A stretch of DNA of 64,000 bases, taken from contig CM035352.1 in the NCBI GenBank assembly GCA_020137815.1, positions 1,488,001-1,552,000 of the forward strand. The letters are read 5' to 3'. The notes under the pieces were generated by a model, which saw only the letters and a program-made list of their open reading frames with translations, had not been told where the DNA came from and made no database searches. Made by a program: the position numbers and the translations under genes. Positions 52,017 through 64,000 of the stretch are shown in pieces; within the stretch, counting starts at the first letter, position 1, and each line of letters begins with the position of its first letter. Origin of the DNA: Hormiphora californensis (taxonomy: Eukaryota; Animalia; Ctenophora).

Positions 52017-55000
52017 TCTCTCTCCATCCATGTTTATCTCCCCGTTGCTAATTGAAACTTCCTTCGTTCCAACATATGTTCTGCGGAGACTGTACCTTTA
52101 CTCAGTAGAACTGGGACGTGTTTCAGTGTGATTCACACAAAATACCAGGATGTATGACTTAAATGTTATAGTTCTCTAATATAATACGGAATTGAAGTAC
52201 GAAACGGCAAATCCCCTCGCTTTTCTACATTATCTCTCTATCTCCCTCTCTATCTCTCTCTCCCTCTATCTCTACATGTTCAATATAAAATGGTCTAGAG
52301 TAGCATTGGTAGGATTGCACACTGAGACAGAACTCACATATTACACAGGCAGTCCTCTGGTTCATTACTTTTATCCCCCTCTCTCTCTCTTTCTTTCCAT
52401 CCTTATTTTCCTCTCTTTCCCTTTTTTATGTCTTTCTCGACCTATAATCTCATATTATCTCTCTTTCTATCTCAAATACCCCAGCCTCTCTCCATAATAT
52501 TATTACTCATAGTTGAAGAACATTTCACCATAAAGACAGTCCCTGTAATTTCTGTACCCAAATTCCGGGGGGATTGGATGTACCCGAGAAATGAGAGTGT
52601 TCAGCAATTTGATACTTGTTATTCCTTTCATCTCGCATCTCAACCCAAGATTTTCTGGGGCCCGCGCTGTGTCCATCACCTATACCTGATTATGATATAC
52701 GTGAGGCGCGGTGACACCAAACCAATAAACTGCGCGCGGTTAACTCTGGTTTAAGAGCCGCGCACCACCCACCTGCAGCTGCAGCAGCAGCCGGTGCTGT
52801 GAGACAGTTGTCTGAAAGTGGAAACCCAAACCGGTTTGATATTCCTGAAACCTAATAATACCATTTCTTCATTTAGATTGAGAAGACACTACAAAAGGAT
52901 GAGCTATCCAACTCGTTTGATGCGTACGCTAAAGAAGTCAAGACCCAGGACAAAAAGTCAGCAGACAAACAATCACAACTGGCTGCTGATTTCTGTTCTC
53001 GGCTGGGTTCCTACAGGATGCCCTTTCTATGGACTGGATTTAACCTGGAGCGGGGTCTAACAGGCCGTGATGGCATGTTTGTACTGAACACTGGGGCCAG
53101 TGCAATCAATACTGGTGAGGTGAGGGGTGACGCTAGTAGTACTAGCGAGTCAATCGATGCTAGCGGTGACAGTCTCTCTGTCAGTTCGTTCAGTACACGC
53201 TCTAACACGCTGGATAAAAACAAACATCGGTTTGGGTCACTGGGTGCTCACAGCAGCATCGAGAGGATCGCAGATAGTGGGAATGAAAACTTGAGGATTA
53301 ATTTGGGCACATTTTCACCCAAGAATGGGAGTATTTGGAGGTTGTTTAAACAGGAAACAGAACATCTTAGTGATGAAGATATCTGTAAATATCTGTTTGA
53401 AATGAACAGCAAGAAGAATCCTACTTTGAAACGATTCAAGTTCATCAACGGTAAGTCATCGCACCTCTGGTTTTTTCTTTTTCTTGTCACATTGTTATTG
53501 AGTAGACCACCCTCTGCCTTTACCATGTTTACTGAATTTGGATTAGCTTCTAAAAAAGCTATACTTACAAAATACTCCCGCCTATTTCAGCTGAGTTGTG
53601 CATGGAAATCCAGCCCGCATCGTACACCGATCAAAGTATCCTTACACCCTCTCTGAAGAAGGTCTCACCTTTTGTTGAGAACAAGAGCGCATCCAAGAAT
53701 ACTCGACAGTTCTATCCTGCAAGGGAGGTGGAGGAGTTTCCCGGGAGGGAGGTTTACATTCCTTATCACGAATACAAGTAGGTTATCATTGTTTGTCATT
53801 GTTTGTCATTGTTTATCATGTATAAAGCTGTAAACCTTGTTTACAAGGGGTTTACAAGAACAGAACATTTATCATTTCTTGGACCCATAACTATCCCTCT
53901 TGATATTATTCTCTCTCTCTCTCTCTCGTCAGGAACTACCTTTACGTCTACCCTCTGAGTTTGAACTTTAGCAACAGGACAGGGAGCTGCAGGAACATAC
54001 TACTGGAAGTACAGCTACTTGAGGCGGAGGGAGAAACTGCCATCTTGGAGGTACAATTGGGTTGTATGGCATGTGTGTATGTGTGTATGTCAGTATTATT
54101 ATTTTACTACTACATACTACAGGAAACAGGAATTGGTAAACCCCAAACCTGGTGCTGAGTAGGACAACAGCTAGCGTGTACTGCATATCTATACTTCCTG
54201 CATATCTATTGTATCTCCCTTTCTCTGACCTCCCCTCTTTCTCTATCCCCCTTTCTCCATACCAGGCGATTTACGGTAAATCCTCGTCCAAGGGACTCAC
54301 TAAACAGGCTCTCACGTGTATACAGTACCATAACAAGTAAGTAATGTATGATGGTGGGGGGGCAGGAGAGATAATAATGCTCTGTAAACATTGAGCCCAA
54401 TGCAAGGCTACAAATAAAGCTTCATCTCATGCTGACACCATTCCATGTGGAACTCTAAACACACCACCTGCACCACACACTCACTGCCAAATCTCGCTGT
54501 GTTGTAATGCGTGTTATAAAGTCTTTTGCTGTTCGTTTCACTTGGATTTTCGCCCTTCTCTTTATATCCAGCTACCTCTACCGTGGGCTCTTCTCCTCCC
54601 CATCCTCACCTCACCAGTTCCCAGCTCTCACCGTATTAGACAGGAAGTATCAGGCTACTTTAGCCTCCCTCCGAGACACATACAGCAGGCTGCCCGAGTA
54701 CTGGGATACTGTTCGGACTGTTACTATTCACCCACATAATGATACAACTCGTTGCTTGGTAACGGATAAAGGAACTCTGCTCCTTCATAAATGTGATGCA
54801 TCAACCGAAACGAAGTTCCAGGTGTTCACCTCGAGGCATCAAGGAAAGATGAGTTATATCCGACAGGGCAACCAGTGTTTGGATATGGGAGCTGTCACCA
54901 GGGATACAGGAACACCTGTTATAACATATGGGTGTCACAGAGGTAGTTCTCAGGAGATCACATTTGATACAACCGCCCGGATATTTTATAGAAGTGAGGA

Positions 55001-55675
55001 TAATAGGTGCTTTGATAGGACTGATGTTAGGGATGATGGAGGGTTGGTGAGGTTGGTGAACTGTAATCTGAGGTTGGACGCCCAGCGGTGGACTTTGGTG
55101 GATCTGGAAACTGTTCAGGAGTGGGTTGAACAATGAAGACTGTATTATTGGGAGGTGTTCCTTTTATTAATATTATGATTTGAGCTAAAATATAATGTGT
55201 TTAGTAAATTTTGTTTACTTTAAAACATTCGTTTCTTTGTACACATTTAAATGTTTCAACAAATAAATCAGAAAACAGAAAGCTTTCCAGAAATATCTAT
55301 TACCACATTACATGCACATTATTCTACCCAGTGGTCGAGTCGGCTACTATGTTATAATTGGCTACTCAGTACTATAGTGCTCAGTACATACTCATATATC
55401 ACCTGATCCCCTATTCTACCAGGACGCCAGTATTCTATGAGGAGGTTAAGATTGAGCTCCCTCCCTACTTAACTAAGAACCACCACCTGCTCTTCAAGTT
55501 CTACCATATCCAATGTCAGGCCCCCAAAGCTACCGACAAACAGAAGGCTGACAAACAACTCCTTATTGGTGTGACATGGCTACCTTTGAGGCAAACTCTG
55601 GAAATGGTAAAGCTTCAATTTGGGACTCATGGGATCACGGTTCACACTGTTTGTCTGTATGTCTGTTTGTCTGTT

Positions 55676-55742
<67 letters not shown>

Positions 55743-58700
55743 TTGTCGGTCTGTCTGTCTGTTTGTCTGTTTGTTTGGCTAGGAGAGGGTACCACATTGG
55801 TAATGAAATTCCCCCTCTGCGCTAGCAATAATAGGGGTGACTTCGTAACCAAGGTACCACATTGGTTCACAGTTTGTGTGTTTGTGTGTTTGGTTTGTTT
55901 ATTTCACGGTGTATTGAAGAAGGTTGGGAGAGGGTACCAGGAGTATTGAATCTATCTAAATCTAATCTATCTAAATCATCCGACTGGGTGATGATATTAC
56001 CTTTCCGCACAAGCTCACTATATGCAATAATAGGGGTCACTTCTTAACCAACTAAATCCGGCAGGGTGATGACAAGAAAGTAAAGGAAAAAGATGATAGT
56101 GTGTTAGCACTCGCTCTGGGTGAACACAAGTTACCAGTCTGTACTGACCTACCCAAGGGGGTCTACTCCATTATTTCACCCAAAGTAAGTAAACCAATTG
56201 TTGGTTGGTTGGCTTAAATGTAGTGGGTTTCAAAGGGTCATAAAATATATTGATTGTCTGTGAGTGTGTGAACATTTAACAAAGTTAATGTAATATTTTC
56301 CAGTTTTATGTGGTTAATATGTCGGTAAGTTCCATTTTACAAGATTTTGTCGTAAAACCTTTGATGTCAGCTGATTGATCATCACACACATTTCTTATTT
56401 TTTTTCCAGATTTCCAGATTTTAATTTTCGATTCGGTTTTTTCGCATTATCTTCACCTTAATTCACTCACCTCATGTTTAAATTTCTAAATTCACTGCAT
56501 ATAAATTCACTTTACATTCCACATCCACTATATTCTTATGATCTCTAAACTCATTATTCGTTGGGCCGTTTCCTGTGCAGCGTACCCGTAATGTGACATG
56601 CATGAAACATGTGTTGTGTCTTACTTTCAAGTATTTTTTCTCCCCAATTTGTCTCATATTATCCTTCTCTACATAGTGGATACAAGTGTTGTGTATCAAC
56701 AATATCCTGCAGACCAATTTTTTCCCTGATTCAGTTTAATTTTCTAAAATCACTGGTCCTCTTCTAAGATTATTCCCCCGCGGACTATTATTTTCCGCTG
56801 TACATTATTGTTTTATTAGCAGCAGTGAAGATAGTGAAATAAGCCTCATTTATTAACCCTCGTCCCTCCTTCTCAGCAAATCCGGTTACCCACCCTGCAG
56901 TGGGTTGATGAGTACAGAGATATATTTAATGTTCGAGTCTCTGCAGTGTCAACTATCCATCTCCAGGTACAATTCGTTTAACAAGCTGGTAATTTCTCAC
57001 AAGTTCTAACTTCATATGATATAGAAGTTTTATTAAGGCTTCATCATCATGCTTCATCATCATGCTTCATCATGCATTCACTTTCACATTTTAATCCCCT
57101 TTTTTGGTAAAATATATGCACTCTTAATCATCGTCTAGTCGAGATAGTCCCAACCTCTTAGATTGTTCCCAGCACTGGGATGAGTAATGAAACAATATAA
57201 AGAAGCAATATAAGATGCCGCTATTTATCCTTGTTGAGTAAGGGACTCCAGTCCACCCCTTGCCTATCAGAGCATTGGCCTGACCCATTCTCGGAGTGCG
57301 CGAGAACTGTGGTCAGAGCCTGACAGCCCCTTGCTCAACAAATGTATCCTCAGGACGAGATATTGAACAACTTCACCCTCTGTTTCTACAACTACATGAG
57401 GACTGCTGGGGATGGAAATGTTAACACGGAGGCAGATCTGAAACGGAGCATAGAGAGTTTGAAGAACCTCGCAAATAAAGAACCCCTTATGAGACATCTC
57501 CATTTAGTGCTGGATAGGCTATTTGCCCTTCTGACACGACACAACCAGTCACAAAAAGGAGGTAATGATGCTAATTAATTAATTAATCACAGACTAATTA
57601 GTCAACGAGTTACAGAATAATTAAATAACTAGTTATTCAAACAAGTCAAATGCTCATTTATATATCAGACATGTGATCCTATGTTAGCGTTCTCCACACC
57701 AAAGTTATATCAGGGACCCTATTATACCTATCTGTGTAGGTTGGTTAAATTGGTTATCCCTTGCCAAATTTTAGGTAATGATACAACTATAACTGAGCGA
57801 ATAGAGAAGTTAAACAAAAAGATCCAGGGTCAAGGTCTTCAAATCGTTGATTGGGCCCGAAGTCCCCCACCGGGTTTTGGTAAAAAAAACAAACGTGCTG
57901 AGATAGTAACAGTATAGACCCTCGATTTGGGCGGGATATTATAGAAATTAATGTTTTAGAAAACTCAGGTCCACTTTACAAAGTGTCTATTTTTTGTAAC
58001 TTTCTATTTGACAAGGCTCAGAAAATTGAAAAAGTCAAAACTTTTACTAAAAAACAAATTGTTCCAATCCCAAATCGAGGTTCTACTGTGTCAGTTGCCA
58101 ATTTGCTCTGACAGTACTGTGTAGGTTTTGTTAGTAAGGCTGTTGCTAGTAGCCGCTCACTACTATACCACGCTGGTAAAGGGAACACCAAACGACCGGT
58201 CGTGTCAGTGAATCGTAAGCAGTGACACTTGTGTGATATATAAATCAATGAATATATAATATACAGAATTGATATATTCGTGTGTGATATATTGTGCATG
58301 AGTACCGCTGAATTAGTAGTGCTATGTCCTCCCCTCAACATCATGTTCCCTAGATAACCACTCTTGTTAAACCCCCTCCCCATGGTGCAAATTGTTTTGC
58401 AAACCCCCTCTACTCCCCACAGTGTGCTACTTGTTTTGCACTCTCGATATTTCACATATTTTCTTCCTGATTACGTTGGTTCTATTACTATCCCTCTCTT
58501 GACCCTTCAATATTCTTGTTCAATGCAACAACAAGTCTTAGGGCAAATGCGTGGTATGGCTGATAGCATCTACCATTCCAGAGATGGACACTTTTTACTA
58601 GAGACTGTGCACGTCCGCCCCTTTTAGTGGCATTAAATATATTGCATTGCTTCCAGACTCCCCTGTGTCATGTTCTTCCTTTCTTTACCCCCAATCACTG

Positions 58701-60337
58701 TCTCTTTCTCTCTTTTTATGAGACACCAGACATTACGACACCTTTCCCATTACGACACCTTTCCCATTACGACACCTTTCCCAAACTGTTCAGAATATAT
58801 ACCAACCACCTCCCCCTCTCTCGCACAGGTTCACTATCTGAGATAGTCTTTAAAGCTATTTCTGATATTGTCCGAGATGTTCACGAGCTGCACAGAAAAA
58901 GAGACAAATCTTTCGGGAGGAATTCAATCTTGGCATCGTATGTCGCCTATATATTTGATGTAGGTAAAATAGTAAAACTGGTTGATGTATTGTGTGTTCA
59001 TTCTCTCACGGAGAATAGTACAGACTCAACCTTTGAGTAGTCAGTAGATAGACAACCATACACAGCAGATCACACAAAACATATAAATAAATGATGATGG
59101 TAAAGCGTTTGGGAAAAGATGGTAAATTAGAAACTAGGTCCATTCACACTACCTCACTACCAGACACCAGGACAGGCTGAAGAATGGAGCCCAGATCAAC
59201 GATCATCCTCCTTGTCTCGGAATGCCTCAGACTCAGACACTGATAACACAGAGTCAACTACACCCCGAAGTAGCCCCGTCAAGTCACTGGGACCTCTCCA
59301 CGAGCGGTGCAAATCCCTCTCTTTGCAGGTACTTGTTCCGCACTTGGTAACAAAGTTACCTCTCCCTTGCCGGGGCAAAGTGCACCCTACGAAGGTCGTA
59401 ACCAGTTCCACACTTTATACACAATTAATCGCAAAGTTTTATCAACCTGTTGCTTCCTAGTTTGATATTATCCCCCTCCCCTGCCCTCAGATCTAGTTTG
59501 ATATTATCCCCCTCCCCTCAGAGTAATGGTTCAGGAGAGGCTCCTGCAGCGCGAGGTCGAACTGGTAGTGTTGTAAAGAGGATGTCCCGGAGAATCCACG
59601 AACAACTTGTATCACAGTGGACCATCTCGAGTGCTCGAGTTCAGTCTTACGAACACGCATGGTTCTTCTTTGAAGTCACGGTTAGTCAAATACCAGCTGG
59701 TTTTTAAAGAATCTTTATCATTATGTTTATATTCTTACCGTTTGACCACGAAACATTGTTCTGCGCTCATAAAATATTAGAAATATTATTATCTGTTGTT
59801 TAGGTGAAGTCGATGGCTCAACATCTGACCAGAAATGGCCTAGCCACTAAATCCAGGAAATCATGGTTCCCTAAAGACTACAAGGAGGACCTTATCCGGC
59901 TATCAAGGTAATTAGTAATTAATTAGTAATTACTATCGAGGTAAGGTAGACCAGAAATGTGCATTCTAAAGCGTTTTGAATCACAATTAGTTACGTATGC
60001 CGCACCCTCTATAAAGTAGCACAAGCAGAAATAATATAAAAAGTTGACCACATTTTCCATTTAGGTTAATTTCTCGGGAAATAATAACGAAAGCAACAAC
60101 TGACAGTGCGTATGCTCATTTTGTCAACAAGAGTCTCGCATATTTCTTCCAGGTGAGAGGAATAACTTTGCGGGGGTATTCAAGGGAGGAATAACTTTGC
60201 GGAGGTAATCGAGTAGAAGATATCACTAACTCCTTCCAAACTTGTAGGATTTGTTATCGCTTATGGACCGAGGATTTGTATTTGAGTTGATACGAACTTA
60301 TTGGGAAACTGTTAAAGTTCAAACTCGCGATACAAAG
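46969..60337 (+). CDS. DOCK7: DOCK-C subfamily (DOCK6/7/8-like) Rac/Cdc42 GEF, N-terminal half; DHR-2 lies beyond the window
   Basis: EPINYEDW..DLMLFPTDDIEV..RTLEEPVP (DOCK-C/D N-terminus), IEPLYISVALYDAKLKKK|VSETVHIDLN, FCSRLGSYRMPFLWT, C2/DHR-1 NYLYVYPLSLNFSNRTGSCRNI..IYGKSS..FYEEVKIELP..HHLLFKFYHIQCQ, HAWFFFEV|VKSMAQHL and DLLSLMDRGFVFELI. No PH domain seen. About 20 GT-AG exons. The symbol denotes a DOCK6/7/8 co-orthologue. Confidence 0.92.
54507..55136 (+). CDS. Intronless type II membrane/secreted ricin-B (beta-trefoil) lectin protein, nested in a DOCK intron on the same strand
   Basis: 209-aa ORF with an N-terminal hydrophobic anchor, then CLVT..LHKCD, QCLDMG..VITYGCHRGSSQ and RCFD..LVNCN..AQRW (ricin repeats). 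AATAAA at about 55262. Lies between DOCK exons ending at 54336 and starting at 55422. Confidence 0.85.
   Translation: MRVIKSFAVRFTWIFALLFISSYLYRGLFSSPSSPHQFPALTVLDRKYQATLASLRDTYSRLPEYWDTVRTVTIHPHNDTTRCLVTDKGTLLLHKCDASTETKFQVFTSRHQGKMSYIRQGNQCLDMGAVTRDTGTPVITYGCHRGSSQEITFDTTARIFYRSEDNRCFDRTDVRDDGGLVRLVNCNLRLDAQRWTLVDLETVQEWVEQ
55650..55775. repeat. (GTCT)n microsatellite
   Basis: Directly visible. Confidence 0.9.
57910..58088. mobile_element. pogo/Tigger-like MITE (degenerate)
   Basis: CAGTATAGACCCTCGATTTGGG ... CCCAAATCGAGGTTCTACTG imperfect TIRs. Confidence 0.65.
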
Positions 60338-60673
60338 GTAACCGTTCAAACTCTCAAACTTATTCTGGCTGGTTAAAACAAATCTTCAATTATAAAACTT
60401 TTATCTATTGTGATTTTTATACAAGGTCTGAAAATCATTGGAACAAAATCATAATCAGTTGCCGGAAATATAGAAAATCCGGGAAATTGTCCCTGACTGA
60501 ATTGTCCACACAGTTCGGTTTCTCATGTGAGTCCTTAACGTGCAGGCAACTGATTTATGGTCTCTTAGCATGTGTCTCTGTAGCAGCTTGGTTCAGCTTA
60601 TAGTTCACATGTACTCCCCATATTGCTAATTGAATTAATTAAGTAACTAATTAAGTTCAATTAGTAACTCCTG

Positions 60674-63600
60674 CTAATCAGACAGTTCGTCTTCACTAAA
60701 GGGGCAATGATCGCAGTTAGACAAGGTCCAGCTAGTATGCGATCCCCGACTGTTGCTGCTTGCCGGTGTACTACCCTCCGACCCAGCACCACCACTTGAC
60801 CTTCTATCAGTGTTCCGATAAGGAGATAGGCTCACTTCATGCACCATGGTCTCTGCGTGACGGCTGATTCGGCGAGTTTTCCGTTCTGTCGTTTCTAGGA
60901 TCGCTTGGCAACCACTTGCGTACTTTTCTTTCTTCTTACAACATGTCCAAGAACCTACAGAGACATAAGATCATAGAAAGACATGGAGGTGAGATCATTT
61001 TTGGGCAACTAGCAAGAAAAAAAATTTGATCCAGGTGGCCTTTCCCAGCTCGCGATGGGAAGGACAACGAAGTAACATCGCTAATTTTGACCGATGTTCA
61101 AACTAAAAATAACGCACCTTTCATAATGGCTCCAGGATGATAAAAATCTGCCTTATTTTCTCCATTTATCAAATCTATCTGAGCCTGTGGGTTGCTATGG
61201 TTACTCAGAGTGTCACAACTCTAAGCTGTGTTTGGCAAAGGAAGGTTTGGACACTATGCAATGTCTCTCGTCGTGCAATACTGAATTATGTGGTAAATTA
61301 ACACAAAGCTGAGCTGTGGTAACAACTAACATGACATTGTAGTTTTACCTGTATCAGTTGGATCCATGAGCGTGTATCACTACCACTGCAACAACCTAGG
61401 AAGCGCCCTCTCCCACAGAGACCCTTCCATAAATCCCAACTGTGAGTTATGTGGGGAAAGAGAAAACTCCAAACACAAACTACTAAACTGTCCTGACCTT
61501 GACCACCTCAGATTCACCCAAGAATATCAAAACATCAAAGAAAACATTTACAATGAAGACGAGCCACTGGAACTAAGGAAACTCACCAACGTAGTCACCA
61601 AATCCGGTCTATTCAAATAGAACATAACGCTACCACCAAAACGATTCTATACCAACGGTAGTTTAAAAGTGCACGCTAGCAAAGTCCTGATCTCATCAGG
61701 TAGAGTCTGTTGAAACCATCACGGCAGAAGCAAATCCGCAACTAGCAAAAGCGCAATAAAAACCAAGCCACTAGTCTTTGGACTGGCCCCCCACAACTAG
61801 ATCGGCTAAATAAAAAGAACAGCGCCACATGGGTCGGCTCGTCATAGCTGCTATGACGACCCGATGGACCGAACCCTACCACTGTACCCCGATCAGAGGT
61901 ACACGCCTGGAAACAGGCAGGTGGTAGTGCACAAATAGTGTCTCATCGTGGTGAAGATGAACGCGCACTATCGTTCGGCGATTTAACCTATTCTGGGGAA
62001 ACCCAGTACCGTAAGACTGGTACAGTAGTACTAGTGCGCCTGCTGTTGGTGGTGACCTTCATGCTCTTTATCGAAACAGTTCTCGTCTGTCGACTCGTAT
62101 CTTCCAATGGAAGGGTACCACCAGGGAGTACCGGGGAAACCCGGCGCTACCTTGGTGGGACCTGACCGGGAGATCGAGCACGGCGCTCTGGGCAGCCATG
62201 TGTGTTGGTGACCTGAGGAGAGAACTGTGAAATCTAGGGATCGCTGCTCCCCAACGACAGCAAGTGGGTGGAAGTACGGGAGGTACACGACACACACACA
62301 CACACTACCACTGCTGCCTTGCATATACAAGTACCTGAGGAAGATATGTGTGGATATATTTCCCTTAAAACAGGTTCTAGGATAACTTGATCTCTTATCA
62401 CGCATCATCCCCCCGAATCATTGGTATCGTGTCAGTCTTGTCTTCTCTCTCTGATCTCAATCTAAAACAACTCTAAACAATGTACCTTGTTTTCCCAGAC
62501 TTTGCCATGTGCATTATCTGGAACATGTTGGCCCTGTTGAAGGGTTGTTGGTCCACTTTCTCACAGGCGAGCATGGTTTTTACTGCAATACTACCCTTCT
62601 GACTCTTACCATCCTTCGACCAATAACTCAGGTGGTCCTGAGGGGGTTGAGTCTGTGAAGAGTCACCCCCTCCCTGCCGACGGACCTCCCTGCCGACGGG
62701 TCGGCAGGGAGGTCATTCGGCAGGGAGGGCGGGATATGGGGGTATAATGTCCTACGTGCCGACGAAATTGGGATGAGATCGCCGTCGGCACGTAGGACAT
62801 TATACCCCTATTTTCTGCCCTCCCTGCCGACGGACCTCCCTACCGATCGGCAGGGAGGGCCGTCGGCAGGGAGGACATTTTACCCCTCCTTTTACCCTCT
62901 GTACCGACGATCGGCAGGGAGGACATTTTACCCCTCCTTTTACCCTCTGTACCGACGATCGGCAGGGAGGACATTTTACCCCTCCTTTTACCCTCTGTAC
63001 CGACGATCGGCAAGTAGGGCCGTCGGCAGGGAGGACATTTACCCCTCCTTTTCAGCCTCACTACCGACGATCGGCAGGGAGGACATTTACCCCTCCTTTT
63101 CACCCTCTGTGCCGACGAAACCATAACCCAAACTTAGCCCAAACCATCGCCCTAACCATCACCCTAACCACCGCCCTAACCACCACCCTAACCCTAACCC
63201 TAACCACCGCCCTAACCCTAACCCCAACCCTAACCCTAACGATACTCAGAGGAACAATACACAGTGAACTCTTCGTATTTGGCCTGCCGGCCAAATTCTC
63301 GAGCTCACAGAAGGAGTGAAACGCCCTCCCTACCGATCGTCGGTACAGAGGGTAATAGGAGGGGTGAAATATCCTCCCTGCCGATCGTCGGTACAGAGGG
63401 TGAATAGGAGGGGTAAATGTCCTCCCTGCCGAATACTCTCTCGGAGTGAGTTTTCGGCAGGGAGGGCGGAATATAGGGATCAAATGTCCTACGTGCCGAC
63501 GGCGATCTCATCCCAATCTCGTCGGCACGTAGGACATTATACCCCTATATCCGACCCGTCGGCAGGGAGGTCCGTCGGCAGGGAGGGCGGGTACCGTTTG

Positions 63601-63840
63601 TGAATATCATTCAACTTCTGGCAATTCATTATTCAGAATAATAAATGAAGCTGACAATGTACATACTGACATAACCATAAGCTGCAGTGATATCTATGTG
63701 GGTTCTTAGTTCTTACGTTGAATAGTTTAAAGTTTCGACTCTGAAACTTGGCCTGAAGGGTGGTTTTACTCTTTGCAATTGATCTCTTCACCAGGATACC
63801 ATGCTTCAAGGGTACTTCCGGGAGCAAATCCATTATATTT
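60674..63840 (-). CDS. PH domain plus Btk zinc-motif protein (RASA/GAP1- or Tec-type), antisense inside a DOCK intron; exon 3 interrupted by a LINE fragment
   Basis: Phase-consistent exons 63840/63833-63717, 62637-62486, 62334-62303 + 61377-61349, 61184-61118 and 60954-60674 give ..LKHGILVKRS..FQSRNFKLFNDHLSYW..KGSI..LACEKVDQQPFNRANMFQI..LYMQG..RSWIQLIQ..FYHPGAIMKGSWTCCKKKEKYASGCQ..*. Confidence 0.85.
61390..62302 (+). mobile_element. 5'-truncated non-LTR retrotransposon (C-terminal CCHC finger, long 3' UTR, (CA)n tail) with a 12-bp TSD
   Basis: CELCGERENSKHKLLNCP then a stop at 61620. (CA)n tail at about 62290-62302. TSD CACTACCACTGC at 61378-61389 and 62303-62314. Confidence 0.88.
62665..63596. 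mobile_element. ~930-bp non-autonomous inverted-repeat element with 42-bp subterminal repeats and a (CCCTAA)n core (Helentron/HINE-like, tentative)
   Basis: Ends CCCTCCCTGCCGACGGACCTCCCTGCCGACGGGTCGG and its reverse complement. 42-bp units ATCGGCAGGGAGGACATTTTACCCCTCCTTTTACCCTCTGTACCGACG on the left are inverted on the right. CCCTAA repeats at 63149-63240. Confidence 0.8.
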
Positions 63841-64000
63841 CTGTGTTATGGCAATCGAGGTTAGGTCTTATTCTAACCCTCCGCGGGGCACGGAGAGAGA
63901 TGGTCGAACAATTCAAGTTAGGTCTAGATAGATATAGCTGTCGGATGTTTTTACTAATGGCACAAGTGTGTTGCCGCTTAGAAGGAACTAGAAGCACTGA

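Noticed and set aside
61200-61280. Alternative last exon of the PH gene (YCTTRDIA*)
   Set aside because: The acceptor at 61184 gives the conserved YHPG..WTCC..GC Btk motif and is far better supported.
61686-61700. CTGATGAG on the minus strand as a second hammerhead
   Set aside because: No correctly placed GAAA box after a stem II.
63149-63240. True telomere or chromosome-fusion scar
   Set aside because: Short, degenerate and enclosed within an inverted-repeat element inside an intron.

Overview
Eukaryotic, intron-rich animal genomic DNA (GT-AG introns, (GA)n microsatellites, many MITEs). Several short repeats resemble, from memory only, ones abundant in the ctenophore Pleurobrachia, so the organism is tentative. 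Sequence quality is uneven: there are homopolymer-garbled blocks at about 11.6-13.4, 26.8-28.2 and 32.8-35.0 kb, and apparent indels in conserved exons. Genes reconstructed by hand: the 3' part of DOP1/Dopey (+, to 10155); a TMEM276-like membrane protein (-); a FLYWCH zinc-finger protein with a MULE-transposase-like N-terminus and a long Pro/Thr tail (-); a secreted mucin-like proprotein (+); a weakly supported unknown gene (-); and the 5' half of a DOCK6/7/8-type GEF (+, from about 46969, continuing past the window). Four genes are nested in introns: a signal-peptide prepropeptide in DOP1, a secreted galactose-binding-like protein in the FLYWCH gene, and an intronless ricin-B lectin plus an antisense PH-Btk gene in DOCK. 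Most notable: a candidate neuropeptide precursor; a PH-Btk exon split by a LINE fragment with a 12-bp TSD; a Penelope-like perfect palindrome carrying hammerhead-ribozyme cores between two copies of a splice acceptor; repeated local duplication of 3' splice sites; and two different inverted-repeat elements sharing a telomere-repeat plus hairpin core. No rRNA, tRNA or CRISPR was seen.
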